DNA of 37,954 nucleotides from Candidatus Magasanikiibacteriota bacterium (GCA_016214465.1 JACROI010000025.1:1-37954), one strand, 5' to 3'. Counted from the first letter of the stretch, positions 25,660-35,349 are shown. Translations and numbers: made by a program. Notes: a model not told the origin generated them from the letters alone.

Positions 25660-28382
25660 ATATTGCGCGCCACGCTCTGTTTGCCCGGAGCTGGCTGACT
25701 GCCAACCACATACGCCGGAAAGGCGTTACCAGTACCAAAATTTCCACCAATATCCGACACACTACTGTACATTCCCCCACCGGTTGAAAAAGGCAAAACA
25801 TATTTACCATCAACATTATTGCCCATGATCGGATTGCCGGCCGGATCTTTAATTCCGGTAGTCAAAGAAAAAATATAATTCTTGCCTGAGGTCAAGGCCG
25901 AAGTCGGAGTGAATTTTAATTGAGTTGTTGAGCCAACCGAGACCGAACCGGCAACCGCGCTGCCACCGACTTCGGTTAAAGAAACATTAGCGGACAAAAA
26001 AGTGGTGATATCCATGGCTTTGCTGAAATTCACTTCTATGGAAGAAATTGTGCCATCGCCTTTTAATGTTGGGAAGCCCATCATGTTGGGAGCCGGAAAA
26101 GAATTGGTCACTTTTGGCTGATTATAATCCCCGCCAGCGCCCATGGCGCCGCTAACCAATGTCAATGCTGGCAAAGAAACCACTCCGGAAGCTGGAATAT
26201 AAAAAGCCATAGAAAGATCGCCATAGCCGTCTTTCGCTATTTTCAAAGTGGCGCCGCCGGACGGACCGACATTGGCAAAACTGAAAGAACCGTCACTGCC
26301 GGTAGTCGCGGCGAATTGCGTGCCTTCAATCCAAACAGTGGCGCCGCTAATGGCCACGCTGGAACTATCATTAATCGTACCCGTAATGGAGGCGCTGCCC
26401 AAATTGCCGGAACTTAAAGTAACTGATATGGATTTACTTAGTTGCAGAGCCGTGGTTTGAATGCCGGTGCCAGTGGTGTCGTAAGTAACAGTATCAAAAG
26501 TTGGGTCAATGGTATAAACCTTGGTCTTGGCTGGCGTGGCTGAATCAGCCGCTTGCAAATAATATTTCAAAAGCGTTTTTCCCGTTCCCCAAGCAGTGGA
26601 GGTAGTGCTGAATTTATACCAACCGGAACCGATACTCGTGCCATAAATCGGTGTTGACGACGCCGGCGTGCAAGAAGCCGCGGCCGTAACGCAATAAATC
26701 AACTGAGTGTTACCGGCAGGTAAAGTGCCGCCATCATCATAAATTCTCGCTACCAAATTAAAAGTGGAATCAACACTGGCTTTGAAAATAGACGCGTGTT
26801 GAATGTTGGGCGCTTGGTTGTTTGATCCACCATAAGAACCGCCGGTGGGATTTTCCGCTGAAACAATGCGGCTATTTTGCGGTTCAGGAATCGTCCGAGT
26901 CACAAAATCAAAATTGTTGTTTTGTGTGTCCACACCATTGCCATCATCAGCGTCTTGCCAGGGATTAGAACCGCTAACCAGCATGCTGGCCGAAGTGGAA
27001 TCATTAAATGCCTTGCGTTCAATTGAAATTCCATCATTAGTACTTAAACCACTCGCTGCGCTACCTTCGCAATCTGCCAACACAGCATGGCCACCCCAAC
27101 AAACTTTGTCCATTACCGCGGTGGAACTGGCCGCGCTATTACTAATGTAAGCCGCTCCGCCAGGCACTAAAGAAGCAATGGTTGAGGTGGTATACACCGC
27201 GTCAGCACTGGAAGAAGCGGAAGAAGTAATCGGCGCTATCAATAAAAATTTATGGGATGGTATATTGGGCACCATACTTTCATTCAGCCATGTTAAAGGA
27301 ACATTGGTGTCAACAGTGCCAGCAGTATTTACAAAATGCAATTTTACGGTGGAAGTTGGAATATTCCCGCCGGAACGATTATACACTTCAATAAACTCGT
27401 CATATTGATCCGTGGCCGAACCGACTTTAACCTCTGAAATCAGCAACGGCACCTGCGCGCTCATAATGGAAAAAGCGGTAGTTCCAAAATTGGCCTGGCC
27501 AAAAGTATTTTTAACTCCATTGGACACAGTTACTGAATAGGTTCCGTCAGATGGGATGGTAACTCCGCTAGCCGCGGTCAGACGAACTGATTTATTATCC
27601 GGTAAAACAACAATGGAATTGATTGTTTGAGAAACGCCGGAAGCATTCTTCAAAATATAATTGGCAGATGATGTGGCATTGCCGGTATTCAAATCCAAAT
27701 TATCCGTAAAAGAAACATCCGCATTGGACGCGTTAACAAAAGAAACACTGCTAACGCTAAAACCACTCCACCCGCCACCGCCGCCAAAAGAAATCGCCCG
27801 GCTACTGGTTATGGCGGAAACTGTCGGTGAATTGCCTGACGGATTAACCACGATGCCATTAGTTGGAAAATTAACATAAATGGAATCTCCGGCCGCCCAA
27901 CCGGATGCTGTTTTAATCGCCACAAAAAAACTTGTGGGCAAAGAGCCATTGTCAGCCAAGGTATTATTGCTTCCGGTGGTAATGGTGGTGGCCGAACCAA
28001 CATTTACTGTGCTTTGCGAACCGGCAAACCCATCATTTTGCGGATCAAAATAATTATTGTTGTTAGAATCTTTAAAAACAACCAATTGAGAAATGTGTGA
28101 AGCCAGAGTGGCGTTGTTGGTTGGCACAGTGCTCGTAACAGTAACCGTGATGCTGGTCAAAGTCTCGCTGCCTCCAACACTCTTGTTCAAAGCAATACGA
28201 AAAACCGGAATATCATAACTGCTTGCCGTGGCCGACATGCCGCCTGTTGGCAAAAGTTCGTACGGACCGCTGGCTGTGACTACAGCGGCTTGAACAGGTT
28301 GAGAAATAAAAGCGGAAATTCCCAGCGACCAAAGTATGGTGCTGGCGACAGTGAACATCGTAAAACATTTTTTGAAAGACAT
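25647..28382 (-). CDS. Giant surface protein, N-terminal part (signal peptide, lamin-tail domain, Ig-like domains)
   Basis: MSFKKCF...VQA signal peptide; LLISEV....DEFIEVYN lamin-tail motif; a Big_5 domain. Ends abruptly inside the next Ig domain. Confidence 0.8.
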   Translation of the reverse strand: MSFKKCFTMFTVASTILWSLGISAFISQPVQAAVVTASGPYELLPTGGMSATASSYDIPVFRIALNKSVGGSETLTSITVTVTSTVPTNNATLASHISQLVVFKDSNNNNYFDPQNDGFAGSQSTVNVGSATTITTGSNNTLADNGSLPTSFFVAIKTASGWAAGDSIYVNFPTNGIVVNPSGNSPTVSAITSSRAISFGGGGGWSGFSVSSVSFVNASNADVSFTDNLDLNTGNATSSANYILKNASGVSQTINSIVVLPDNKSVRLTAASGVTIPSDGTYSVTVSNGVKNTFGQANFGTTAFSIMSAQVPLLISEVKVGSATDQYDEFIEVYNRSGGNIPTSTVKLHFVNTAGTVDTNVPLTWLNESMVPNIPSHKFLLIAPITSSASSSADAVYTTSTIASLVPGGAAYISNSAASSTAVMDKVCWGGHAVLADCEGSAASGLSTNDGISIERKAFNDSTSASMLVSGSNPWQDADDGNGVDTQNNNFDFVTRTIPEPQNSRIVSAENPTGGSYGGSNNQAPNIQHASIFKASVDSTFNLVARIYDDGGTLPAGNTQLIYCVTAAASCTPASSTPIYGTSIGSGWYKFSTTSTAWGTGKTLLKYYLQAADSATPAKTKVYTIDPTFDTVTYDTTGTGIQTTALQLSKSISVTLSSGNLGSASITGTINDSSSVAISGATVWIEGTQFAATTGSDGSFSFANVGPSGGATLKIAKDGYGDLSMAFYIPASGVVSLPALTLVSGAMGAGGDYNQPKVTNSFPAPNMMGFPTLKGDGTISSIEVNFSKAMDITTFLSANVSLTEVGGSAVAGSVSVGSTTQLKFTPTSALTSGKNYIFSLTTGIKDPAGNPIMGNNVDGKYVLPFSTGGGMYSSVSDIGGNFGTGNAFPAYVVGSQPAPGKQSVARNIWAE

Positions 28383-28499
28383 ATTCAAAAAAATTAAAAT
28401 CTTAATAAATTAAACTGTCTTCATTTTAACACTTTTCTAAATTAATTGACAGGTAGTTATTCACATGTCAATACACTTAAAAATAGTATGATTATCCGC

Positions 28500-28528
28500 T
28501 TGGCACAAGCCCTATCATCTGATAGAAT
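28500..28528 (+). promoter_or_regulatory. sigma70 promoter of the pentose-phosphate/fermentation operon
   Basis: TTGGCA(28500-28505)-17 bp-TAGAAT(28523-28528) with TG extension. Confidence 0.55.
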
Positions 28529-28553
28529 AAAAGAAACACTAACACACAAAAAT

Positions 28554-28991
28554 ATGCCTCAAATAATATATTTAGGCGCGGACCACGCCGGTTTTGAATT
28601 AAAGGAGAAAATAAAGGACTTTTTGAAACTTAATGAATACTTGCCGGAGGACTTGACACCCGGGCCGATTGACCCGCAAGATGATTATCCTGACGCGGCC
28701 GCCAAAGTCGCGGCCAAGGTTTTGGAAACAGGTGGTTTGGGAATTTTGATTTGTGGCTCGGGCAATGGCATTTGCATGGCGGCGAATAAAATCAAAGGAA
28801 TTCGCGCGGCCTTGGGCTACAACACGCGGGCTGGAAAATTGGCGCGCGAACATTTGAACGCCAACATACTGTGTCTGGCCGGCAGTGTGTTACAATCTGA
28901 TTACGCGCAAGCCATCACGCGACATTTTTTGGAAACGCCGTTTTCCGAAGATGAAAGACATAAAAGAAGAATTGAAAAATTAGGATCTTAA
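28554..28991 (+). CDS. rpiB: Ribose-5-phosphate isomerase B
   Basis: GADHAGF, DDYPD, ICGSGNG, ANKIKGIRA and RHKRRI motifs. Start at MPQIIY. Confidence 0.93.
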   Translation: MPQIIYLGADHAGFELKEKIKDFLKLNEYLPEDLTPGPIDPQDDYPDAAAKVAAKVLETGGLGILICGSGNGICMAANKIKGIRAALGYNTRAGKLAREHLNANILCLAGSVLQSDYAQAITRHFLETPFSEDERHKRRIEKLGS

Positions 28992-28992
28992 A

Positions 28993-29165
28993 AGAGTGGC
29001 GGTTAGTTGTTTTTTCGGACAGGCGACGCACGTTGAGCGTCGCCTCTATCCTCGCTCGCTGTCACTTCGTATTATCTTTAATTTGTTTGGATTATTTTTT
29101 TTCAATTTAAACCTTCTTTCCCCAGCTCGCTCCGGACGTCCTCAAAAACAACTAACCGCCACTCT
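28993..29165. mobile_element. MITE-like non-autonomous element
   Basis: Perfect 22-bp terminal inverted repeats AGAGTGGCGGTTAGTTGTTTTT (28993-29014 and 29144-29165). TAA lies one base outside each end. Internal hairpin at 29021-29045. Confidence 0.7.
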
Positions 29166-29172
29166 ATAATAT

Positions 29173-29811
29173 ATGCCGAAGATTATTCCGGCGATTCTAA
29201 CAGACAATTTAGAAACATTTAAAACCCAAATAAAACAAATGGAAGGCGCGACTGACTGGGTGCAAATTGATGTTTCCGATGGTATTTTTGTCTCGCAAAA
29301 AACTTTGGCGGCTGAAAAAATCAAAACCGTAATCACCAACTTAAAATATGAACTGCATTTAATGGTGGCCGACCCGACAACAGAGATTGAAAAATGGTAT
29401 GATTTATCCAACGTCAAAAGGATTGTATTCCATTATGAAGCAGTAAAAATTCCTTTGGCCGTGGTCAAACATATTGAGGCCTATGGCTTTGACGCCGGCG
29501 TGGCTGTTAATCCCGACACCGGACTGGAAAATTTAGAGGCCTTGGCCTATCAAGCGGATTTAATCCTTTTTATGGCGGTAACTCCTGGCAAACAAGGCCG
29601 AAAATTCATTCCCGATACATTTAATAAAATCAAAGAATTTAAAATCAAGCATCCAAATGTGCCGGTCGCGGTTGATGGCGGAATTCATCAAGAAGAAATC
29701 AAACAACTGGCAACTCTGAGCGTGGAATATCTGGATGTGGGCAGTGAAATTTTTGCCCACTCCAACCCGCGCGAACATTTAAAGGAATTGCAACATTTAA
29801 TCTATGCCTAA
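29173..29811 (+). CDS. rpe: Ribulose-phosphate 3-epimerase
   Basis: IIPAIL, QIDVSDG.FV, ELHLMV, HYEA, MAVTPGKQG and VDGGI motifs. Confidence 0.92.
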   Translation: MPKIIPAILTDNLETFKTQIKQMEGATDWVQIDVSDGIFVSQKTLAAEKIKTVITNLKYELHLMVADPTTEIEKWYDLSNVKRIVFHYEAVKIPLAVVKHIEAYGFDAGVAVNPDTGLENLEALAYQADLILFMAVTPGKQGRKFIPDTFNKIKEFKIKHPNVPVAVDGGIHQEEIKQLATLSVEYLDVGSEIFAHSNPREHLKELQHLIYA

Positions 29812-30223
29812 TTTTGAAACTAATCCTGATTTGAAACTTCTTGGCACGGAAACCGCTTTTGACTTTGGGGCTGAAGTAATGGCAGTTGAAAAAACCAAAA
29901 AATTTTTACAAATTTACAAATTTCACATTGGCGACACCGGGCCAAAAACACCGGAACCAATTATCAACACCGCTATTCAGGCCTTGAAAGACAAACAAAC
30001 AAAATACGCCCATTTCCAAGGGTATTTACAAGTGCGCGCGAATATTGCCAAACATTGGACCAAAACGCGCGGAGTGGAAATAAAACCGGAAAACATTATC
30101 CCGGGTGTGAAACATTTTATTAAAATTGTTATTGATTTAATCGCCAAATCCGGCCTGACCCCACCATTATCAATGGAGGAAGTGGAGGAGAAAGTGGAAA
30201 AAATTAAAAATAAATATTTTTAA
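29804..30223 (+). pseudogene. Internally deleted class I/II PLP aminotransferase
   Basis: N-terminus (ETAF, FHIGD...TP, TKY...G...R..IA, KPENII) is AspC-like, but the ORF is only 139 aa and lacks the NNPTG/DE.Y/PLP-Lys core. Confidence 0.7.
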
Positions 30224-30224
30224 T

Positions 30225-31142
30225 ATGCATGATATTGTTATTTTAGGCGGTTCAGCCGCCGGCGTCACCGCCGCCATTTACGCCGCTCGCCGCCAGTTGG
30301 ACATTAAATTAATCGCAGGTAACATTGGCGGAGAAATCGCTACCACAGACATTATTGAAAATTATCCCGGCTATGTAAAAGTGGGCGGTTTGGAATTGGC
30401 GGAAAAATTCAAAGAACAATTGAAATACAATAATGTTTTCGTAGATGATGGCTGGCTCGCAAAAAAAATAGAAAAAAAAGATAATCTTTTTGTCGTCACT
30501 GCCAAAAATTTTTCCGGCGAAGAAAAAATCTATGAAACCAAAGCGGTGATTGTTGCCACTGGTGTTCATCCGCGCCGTTTGGGTGTGCCCGGTGAAAAAG
30601 AATTATTCCATCGCGGGGTCACTTACTGCGCGGTTTGCGACGCTCCGCTGTTCAAAAATAAAATCGTGGCGGTGGTGGGCGGCGGCAACAGCGCTTTGGA
30701 ATCGGCTTTGATGCTCGGAGAAATTGCCTCGCAAGTGTTTCTCTTAAATCGCAATCCGCAATTCAAAGGCGAAGCGGTTTTAATTGAAAAAGTAAAAAAT
30801 CATTCCAAAATTACTATTCTAACGCAAGCCGCGACACAAAAAATTCTCGGTGAAAAATCCGTGACCGGAGTGGAATACAAAGACGCGGACGGCCAAACAC
30901 AACAAATCACTGTCAATGGCGTTTTTGTTCACGCCGGCTGGGAACCTAACGCCGACTTTATTGATCTAGTGAAAAAAAATACCAAAGGAGAAATTATGGT
31001 TGACCAAAATAGCGCGACTGATATGCCGGGAATTTTTGCCGCCGGAGATGTTACTGACACTGCTTACAAACAAATTATCGTGGCGGCCGGAATGGGTGCA
31101 ACCGCCGCCTTATCAGCCGTGAATTTTCTAAACAAAAAATAA
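30225..31142 (+). CDS. trxB: Thioredoxin-disulfide reductase
   Basis: GVTYCAVCD, VVGGGNSALE and GIFAAGDVT motifs. Confidence 0.93.
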   Translation: MHDIVILGGSAAGVTAAIYAARRQLDIKLIAGNIGGEIATTDIIENYPGYVKVGGLELAEKFKEQLKYNNVFVDDGWLAKKIEKKDNLFVVTAKNFSGEEKIYETKAVIVATGVHPRRLGVPGEKELFHRGVTYCAVCDAPLFKNKIVAVVGGGNSALESALMLGEIASQVFLLNRNPQFKGEAVLIEKVKNHSKITILTQAATQKILGEKSVTGVEYKDADGQTQQITVNGVFVHAGWEPNADFIDLVKKNTKGEIMVDQNSATDMPGIFAAGDVTDTAYKQIIVAAGMGATAALSAVNFLNKK

Positions 31143-31143
31143 T

Positions 31144-33285
31144 ATGCCCAACACTGACCCGATTCACCTCAATCTTCAAAATTCTTCCGCCTCGCTTTTT
31201 ACGCGGCTGGATGAAGATAAAAACACCAAACTGGCATCGCTTATCCGCGCTTTGGCGTTTATTGCCATTGAATCAGCACGTTCAGGACATCCTGGTGGTT
31301 CATCTTCCAAAGTGGAGCAACTGTTAGCTATGCTATTGAGCGGACTCTTTGCTTTTGACCCGCTTAACCCGAAAAATCCCAGTCGCGACCGCTTGGTTTG
31401 GTCTGCCGGCCATTGCACTCCTCTGCTTTATGGCACATTGGCTCTGATTTATGAATCTCTAAAACGCACTGGCATTAATTTTGATAAAGAAAAACTCAAT
31501 GCTATTCTTCCGGAATGCTTGCTTAAATTTCGACATTGCGATGGTCTTTCCGGGCATGTAGAATCAATCTATCCCCTGGCTGATGTTTCCACTGGCTCAT
31601 CAGGACACGGACTGTCTGCCGCCGCGGGAATTGCCGCTTTGCACCGTTCTTGCGGACTAGCCACCAAGATCTGGGTCTTAATGGGCGACGCGGAAACAGA
31701 AGAAGGCATTACCTATGAAGCGCGCAACATTTTGGATTACAATCATTTTGGCATTGATGGCAACATTAATGAAGTAATTTCCACTCCATATATCAATCAC
31801 TGGCTTGGACTGGGCTGGAATGTGATTGAGGTGAACGGACACAATATCGCGGAATTATTGGAAGCGTATAAAAAAGCCAAAGAAGGATTTAAAAACGACC
31901 ATCCGACAGTGGTGCTGTGCCACGGCACCAAAGGCCTGCATTATGGCAAAAACGAAAACAAATCCGACTCGCACGGCACTCCAGCCAAGCATGGCGAATA
32001 TGTGGAAATAATGAAAGCCATGAGATTTGATATTCCCGGAGTTGATAAAAAAGCCCAAGACGATTTGAATTTTGTTTTATCATCGCTAGACAAGGATTTA
32101 GCCGAATACTTTTTGGAAAAATTAAAAAAAGGACAAGAACTTTTACCTCAAGAAAAACACCAAGTTGAAAAAATGAAAGAAACTTTGCCGGGGCGGCCTT
32201 TGACCAAGCCAATTGCCATCACCCGTCCAGCGCAACTGCCGCCAGAACTGGTTTTTGCCCAAGGAACCGAAGTCACCACGCGTAAAGCCACCGAGGCCTG
32301 GTTTAAATGGCTGATGACGCAAAGCGCATTTTTCTATTTGGGCGCCGGTGATTTGATGAAATCAATTTTGACCGGCGCGGCGGAAAATATTTATGGAATT
32401 ATTAATAAAGATAACCCGTTGGGTCGCGGATTTAGATTTGGCATTGCTGAACAAAATATGGCTATGCTCTCCGCTACTCTTACACAAGATGTTTTGCCGG
32501 GCGGATTTCAAGCTGTTTCAGTCTTTGCTTCTTACGGTGTCTTTACATCAATAATGGCCAATTCCGTGCGCATGGCTTTAATTAACAACGCGGTGAATCC
32601 GACAAATAAAGGATTTTTCATTATGCTCGCGGCGCATGACGGCCCGGAAACAGGCGAAGACGGCCCGACTCATCACGGCCTGTTTTGGATGTCGCTTTTT
32701 AACGCCTATCCTGGCATTAAAGCGTATAAACCATTGGATGCCAATGAAACAATTGAAATGCTTTTTTACGCTTTAAACAAAGGCGAACCGATTGCTTTGT
32801 CAATAATGCGCCCAAATACTTTGGTATTCAAACGCGATGATGGCATACCGCCCGCGAGCGAGGCAGTGAACGGCGCGTATGTTTTTATCAAGCACGCGGA
32901 TAATGGCAAGAAAAAAATTGTATTGGCAGTGTCAGGCGGACAAACCATGGTCAATGTTTTGAAAATTTTGCCGGAATTGGAAAAAAATTATGATGTTAAA
33001 ATTTTAGCTGTCACTTCTCCGGAATTATTTGAAGAACTGCGCACCGCTAATCAAAAAAAAGCCGAAGCGATTTTCTCTAATGAAGAAAGAGCACACACTA
33101 TCGCCTTGCACAATGGCTGGCCCGGATTTCTTTATCCGTTTCTATTGCCGGCCGGCTACCCTGCTCGCTCCATCGGCGTAAATAAATTTCTCAAATCCGG
33201 CCCGCCAACAGAGGTGTATGAAATGGCCGGACTTGATCCCCAAGGAATTAAAAATAAAATAATAAATGCCATAAAATATGTTTGA
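31144..33285 (+). CDS. tkt: Transketolase
   Basis: SGHPGGS, RDRLVWSAGH, STGSSGHG, GDAE..EG, FGIAEQNM and GEDGPTH motifs. TPP motif is shortened. Confidence 0.88.
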   Translation: MPNTDPIHLNLQNSSASLFTRLDEDKNTKLASLIRALAFIAIESARSGHPGGSSSKVEQLLAMLLSGLFAFDPLNPKNPSRDRLVWSAGHCTPLLYGTLALIYESLKRTGINFDKEKLNAILPECLLKFRHCDGLSGHVESIYPLADVSTGSSGHGLSAAAGIAALHRSCGLATKIWVLMGDAETEEGITYEARNILDYNHFGIDGNINEVISTPYINHWLGLGWNVIEVNGHNIAELLEAYKKAKEGFKNDHPTVVLCHGTKGLHYGKNENKSDSHGTPAKHGEYVEIMKAMRFDIPGVDKKAQDDLNFVLSSLDKDLAEYFLEKLKKGQELLPQEKHQVEKMKETLPGRPLTKPIAITRPAQLPPELVFAQGTEVTTRKATEAWFKWLMTQSAFFYLGAGDLMKSILTGAAENIYGIINKDNPLGRGFRFGIAEQNMAMLSATLTQDVLPGGFQAVSVFASYGVFTSIMANSVRMALINNAVNPTNKGFFIMLAAHDGPETGEDGPTHHGLFWMSLFNAYPGIKAYKPLDANETIEMLFYALNKGEPIALSIMRPNTLVFKRDDGIPPASEAVNGAYVFIKHADNGKKKIVLAVSGGQTMVNVLKILPELEKNYDVKILAVTSPELFEELRTANQKKAEAIFSNEERAHTIALHNGWPGFLYPFLLPAGYPARSIGVNKFLKSGPPTEVYEMAGLDPQGIKNKIINAIKYV

Positions 33286-34243
33286 CATCATTTCCATCGG
33301 CGACTGCACCATTGACACGCTGCTCCAAATTCACGACGCGGAAATAAACTGCAAATTGCATCCGGACCGCTGTGTTATCTGCGTTAATTTCGCGGACAAA
33401 ATTCCGGTGGACAGTTTTCACCGCAAAGTGGCCGGCAACGCAGCCAATAATGCCGTGGGCAGCGCGCGGCTGGGACTCAAAACCGCCATTTACACCATAC
33501 TTGGCAATGACGGCAATGGCGAATTTATCAAAGAGACATTGAAAAAAGAAAATGTCTCGGATGAATATCTGATTTATGACCCCAAAAAAGAAACCAACGC
33601 ATCGGTCGTGATTAATTTCCAAGGCGAACGCACAATTTTTGTCTATCACGCCAAACGCGATTACGCCCTGCCGATGAAAGCGCAAACCAAATGGGCCTAT
33701 TACACCTCTGTCGCCGCTCATCACGATGGTTTGAACAATCAAATCGCCAAATGGGTGGCAAAGAATAAAATAAAATTGGGATACAATCCGGGAACATTTC
33801 AATTGCGCGCCGGTTTGGCAAAAATGAAACCACTTTTAAAAATTTGCGAAGCGCTGTTTGTCAATAAAGAAGAGGCGGCGCGCATGGTTGGCGCACAACA
33901 CGACATCCGCCGCTATCTTTTGGCTTTGCATAAAATCGGACCGAAAATTATCATTATTACCGACGGCCAAGCCGGCTCGTTTGTGTTTGATGGTGATAAA
34001 TTTTGGCAAATGGGCATTTTTGACACGCCCAACATTGAACGCACCGGAGCCGGGGACGCTTTTGCAACCGGATTTTTGGCCGCTTTGCAATATAGCAAAA
34101 AAATCCCTATGGCTATGTGCTGGGGATCGGCCAATTCTTCGTCGGTGATAATGAAAATCGGCCCGCAAGACGGTTTGCTTTCCAAAAAAGGCATTGAAGA
34201 TTTTCATAAAAAATATAAACATAAATGCCCAACTAATTTTTAA
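33278..34243 (+). CDS. PfkB family carbohydrate kinase
   Basis: AGNAANNAVGSARLG, GERTI, NKEEA and ERTGAGDAF motifs. Confidence 0.9.
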   Translation: MFDIISIGDCTIDTLLQIHDAEINCKLHPDRCVICVNFADKIPVDSFHRKVAGNAANNAVGSARLGLKTAIYTILGNDGNGEFIKETLKKENVSDEYLIYDPKKETNASVVINFQGERTIFVYHAKRDYALPMKAQTKWAYYTSVAAHHDGLNNQIAKWVAKNKIKLGYNPGTFQLRAGLAKMKPLLKICEALFVNKEEAARMVGAQHDIRRYLLALHKIGPKIIIITDGQAGSFVFDGDKFWQMGIFDTPNIERTGAGDAFATGFLAALQYSKKIPMAMCWGSANSSSVIMKIGPQDGLLSKKGIEDFHKKYKHKCPTNF

Positions 34244-34247
34244 TTTT

Positions 34248-35225
34248 ATGCCGAAAAAACTTCTCTCTTTAAAAAACTCAAAACAAATTCTCGCTCCCGC
34301 GATTGAAACCACCCGCGTGGTTATCATTGGCACGGGTTTTGTCGGCTCCACTTCCGCTTTTGCCATTATGATGAGCGGCATTGCTTCGGAAATTGTCTTG
34401 GTTGATGTGAACAAAGACAAATGTCTGGGCGAGGCCTGGGATTTGGAACACGGCATTTCTTTTGTACCGCAAACCAAAATCTGGGCCGGTGATTATTCTG
34501 ATTGTAAAGACGCTGATGTGGTGGTGATTACCGCAGGCTTGGGACAAAAAGTCGGACAAACGCGATTGGAGTTGGCCGCGGCCAATGCTAAAATAGTTGG
34601 AGATATTATTGAAAAAATAAAACGCTATACTAACAAAGCCGTGATTCTGACAGTGACAAACCCTTTGGACGTAATGACTTATGTTGCTTTGAAAAAATCC
34701 GGCCTGCCTGATTACCAAGTGTTTGGCACAGGCACCACTTTGGACTCAGCCCGTTTTAGATTTTTATTGGCGCAAGAATTTGGCGTCGCGCCGGACAGCA
34801 TGGGCGCGTATTTGATCGGCGAACATGGCGATTCCGAAGTGCCGGTTTATTCGCATGTAAATTTAATGGGCGAAAACATCTCGGCTCTGCCGGAATATGA
34901 CAAAAAGGCCGTGGAACAGGCATACACAAAAACCAAAACCGCCGCTTACGACATCATTTGCAAAAAAGGCGCAACATATTATGCCATTGCCCTGGCAGTG
35001 GAACGGATTGTTCGAGCAATTTTATATGATGAAAATCACATTTTTCCAGTTTCTTCTTTGCTTACCGGCCAATACGGACTTAAAGATGTTTGCCTGTCAT
35101 TGCCGGCTGTAATCGGCCGTACCGGAATTAAAAAAGTAATGGAAATAAAACTGTCGCCCGATGAACTGGCCAAATTGCGCCAGTCAGCTAAAACAATCAT
35201 GGACACAATTGAAAAAGTAAAATAA
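34248..35225 (+). CDS. ldh: L-lactate dehydrogenase
   Basis: GTGFVG, ITAGLGQKVGQTRLEL (Gln at the specificity position), NPLD, LDSAR and GEHGDS motifs. Confidence 0.92.
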   Translation: MPKKLLSLKNSKQILAPAIETTRVVIIGTGFVGSTSAFAIMMSGIASEIVLVDVNKDKCLGEAWDLEHGISFVPQTKIWAGDYSDCKDADVVVITAGLGQKVGQTRLELAAANAKIVGDIIEKIKRYTNKAVILTVTNPLDVMTYVALKKSGLPDYQVFGTGTTLDSARFRFLLAQEFGVAPDSMGAYLIGEHGDSEVPVYSHVNLMGENISALPEYDKKAVEQAYTKTKTAAYDIICKKGATYYAIALAVERIVRAILYDENHIFPVSSLLTGQYGLKDVCLSLPAVIGRTGIKKVMEIKLSPDELAKLRQSAKTIMDTIEKVK

Positions 35226-35235
35226 ACATTAAATC

Positions 35236-35268
35236 AAAACACCCGCAACATGAATCGCGGGTGTTTTT
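35236..35268. terminator. Bidirectional terminator between ldh and tRNA-Gly
   Basis: AAAACACCCGC...GCGGGTGTTTTT. Confidence 0.8.
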
Positions 35269-35274
35269 AATTTT

Positions 35275-35349
35275 TGGAGCGGGTAAGGGGAGTCGAACCC
35301 CTGTCACGAGTTTGGAAAACTCGGATAATAGCCGTTATATGATACCCGC
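35275..35349 (-). tRNA. tRNA-Gly (TCC)
   Basis: Acceptor stem GCGGGTA/TACCCGC; anticodon arm CGAGT-ttTCCaa-ACTCG; encoded CCA. Confidence 0.95.

Noticed and set aside
25640-25670. Programmed ribosomal frameshift or phase-variable tract in the giant gene
   Set aside because: No slippery heptamer or homopolymer at the junction, and domain sequence appears to be missing rather than merely shifted.
28446-28471. DnaA-box match TTATTCACA within a TTGACA/TGTCAA inverted pair as oriC
   Set aside because: A single box with no cluster and no dnaA nearby; at most a regulatory site.
29142-29417. Minus-strand ORF running into the MITE end as a possible transposase
   Set aside because: Antisense to rpe, with no DDE features.
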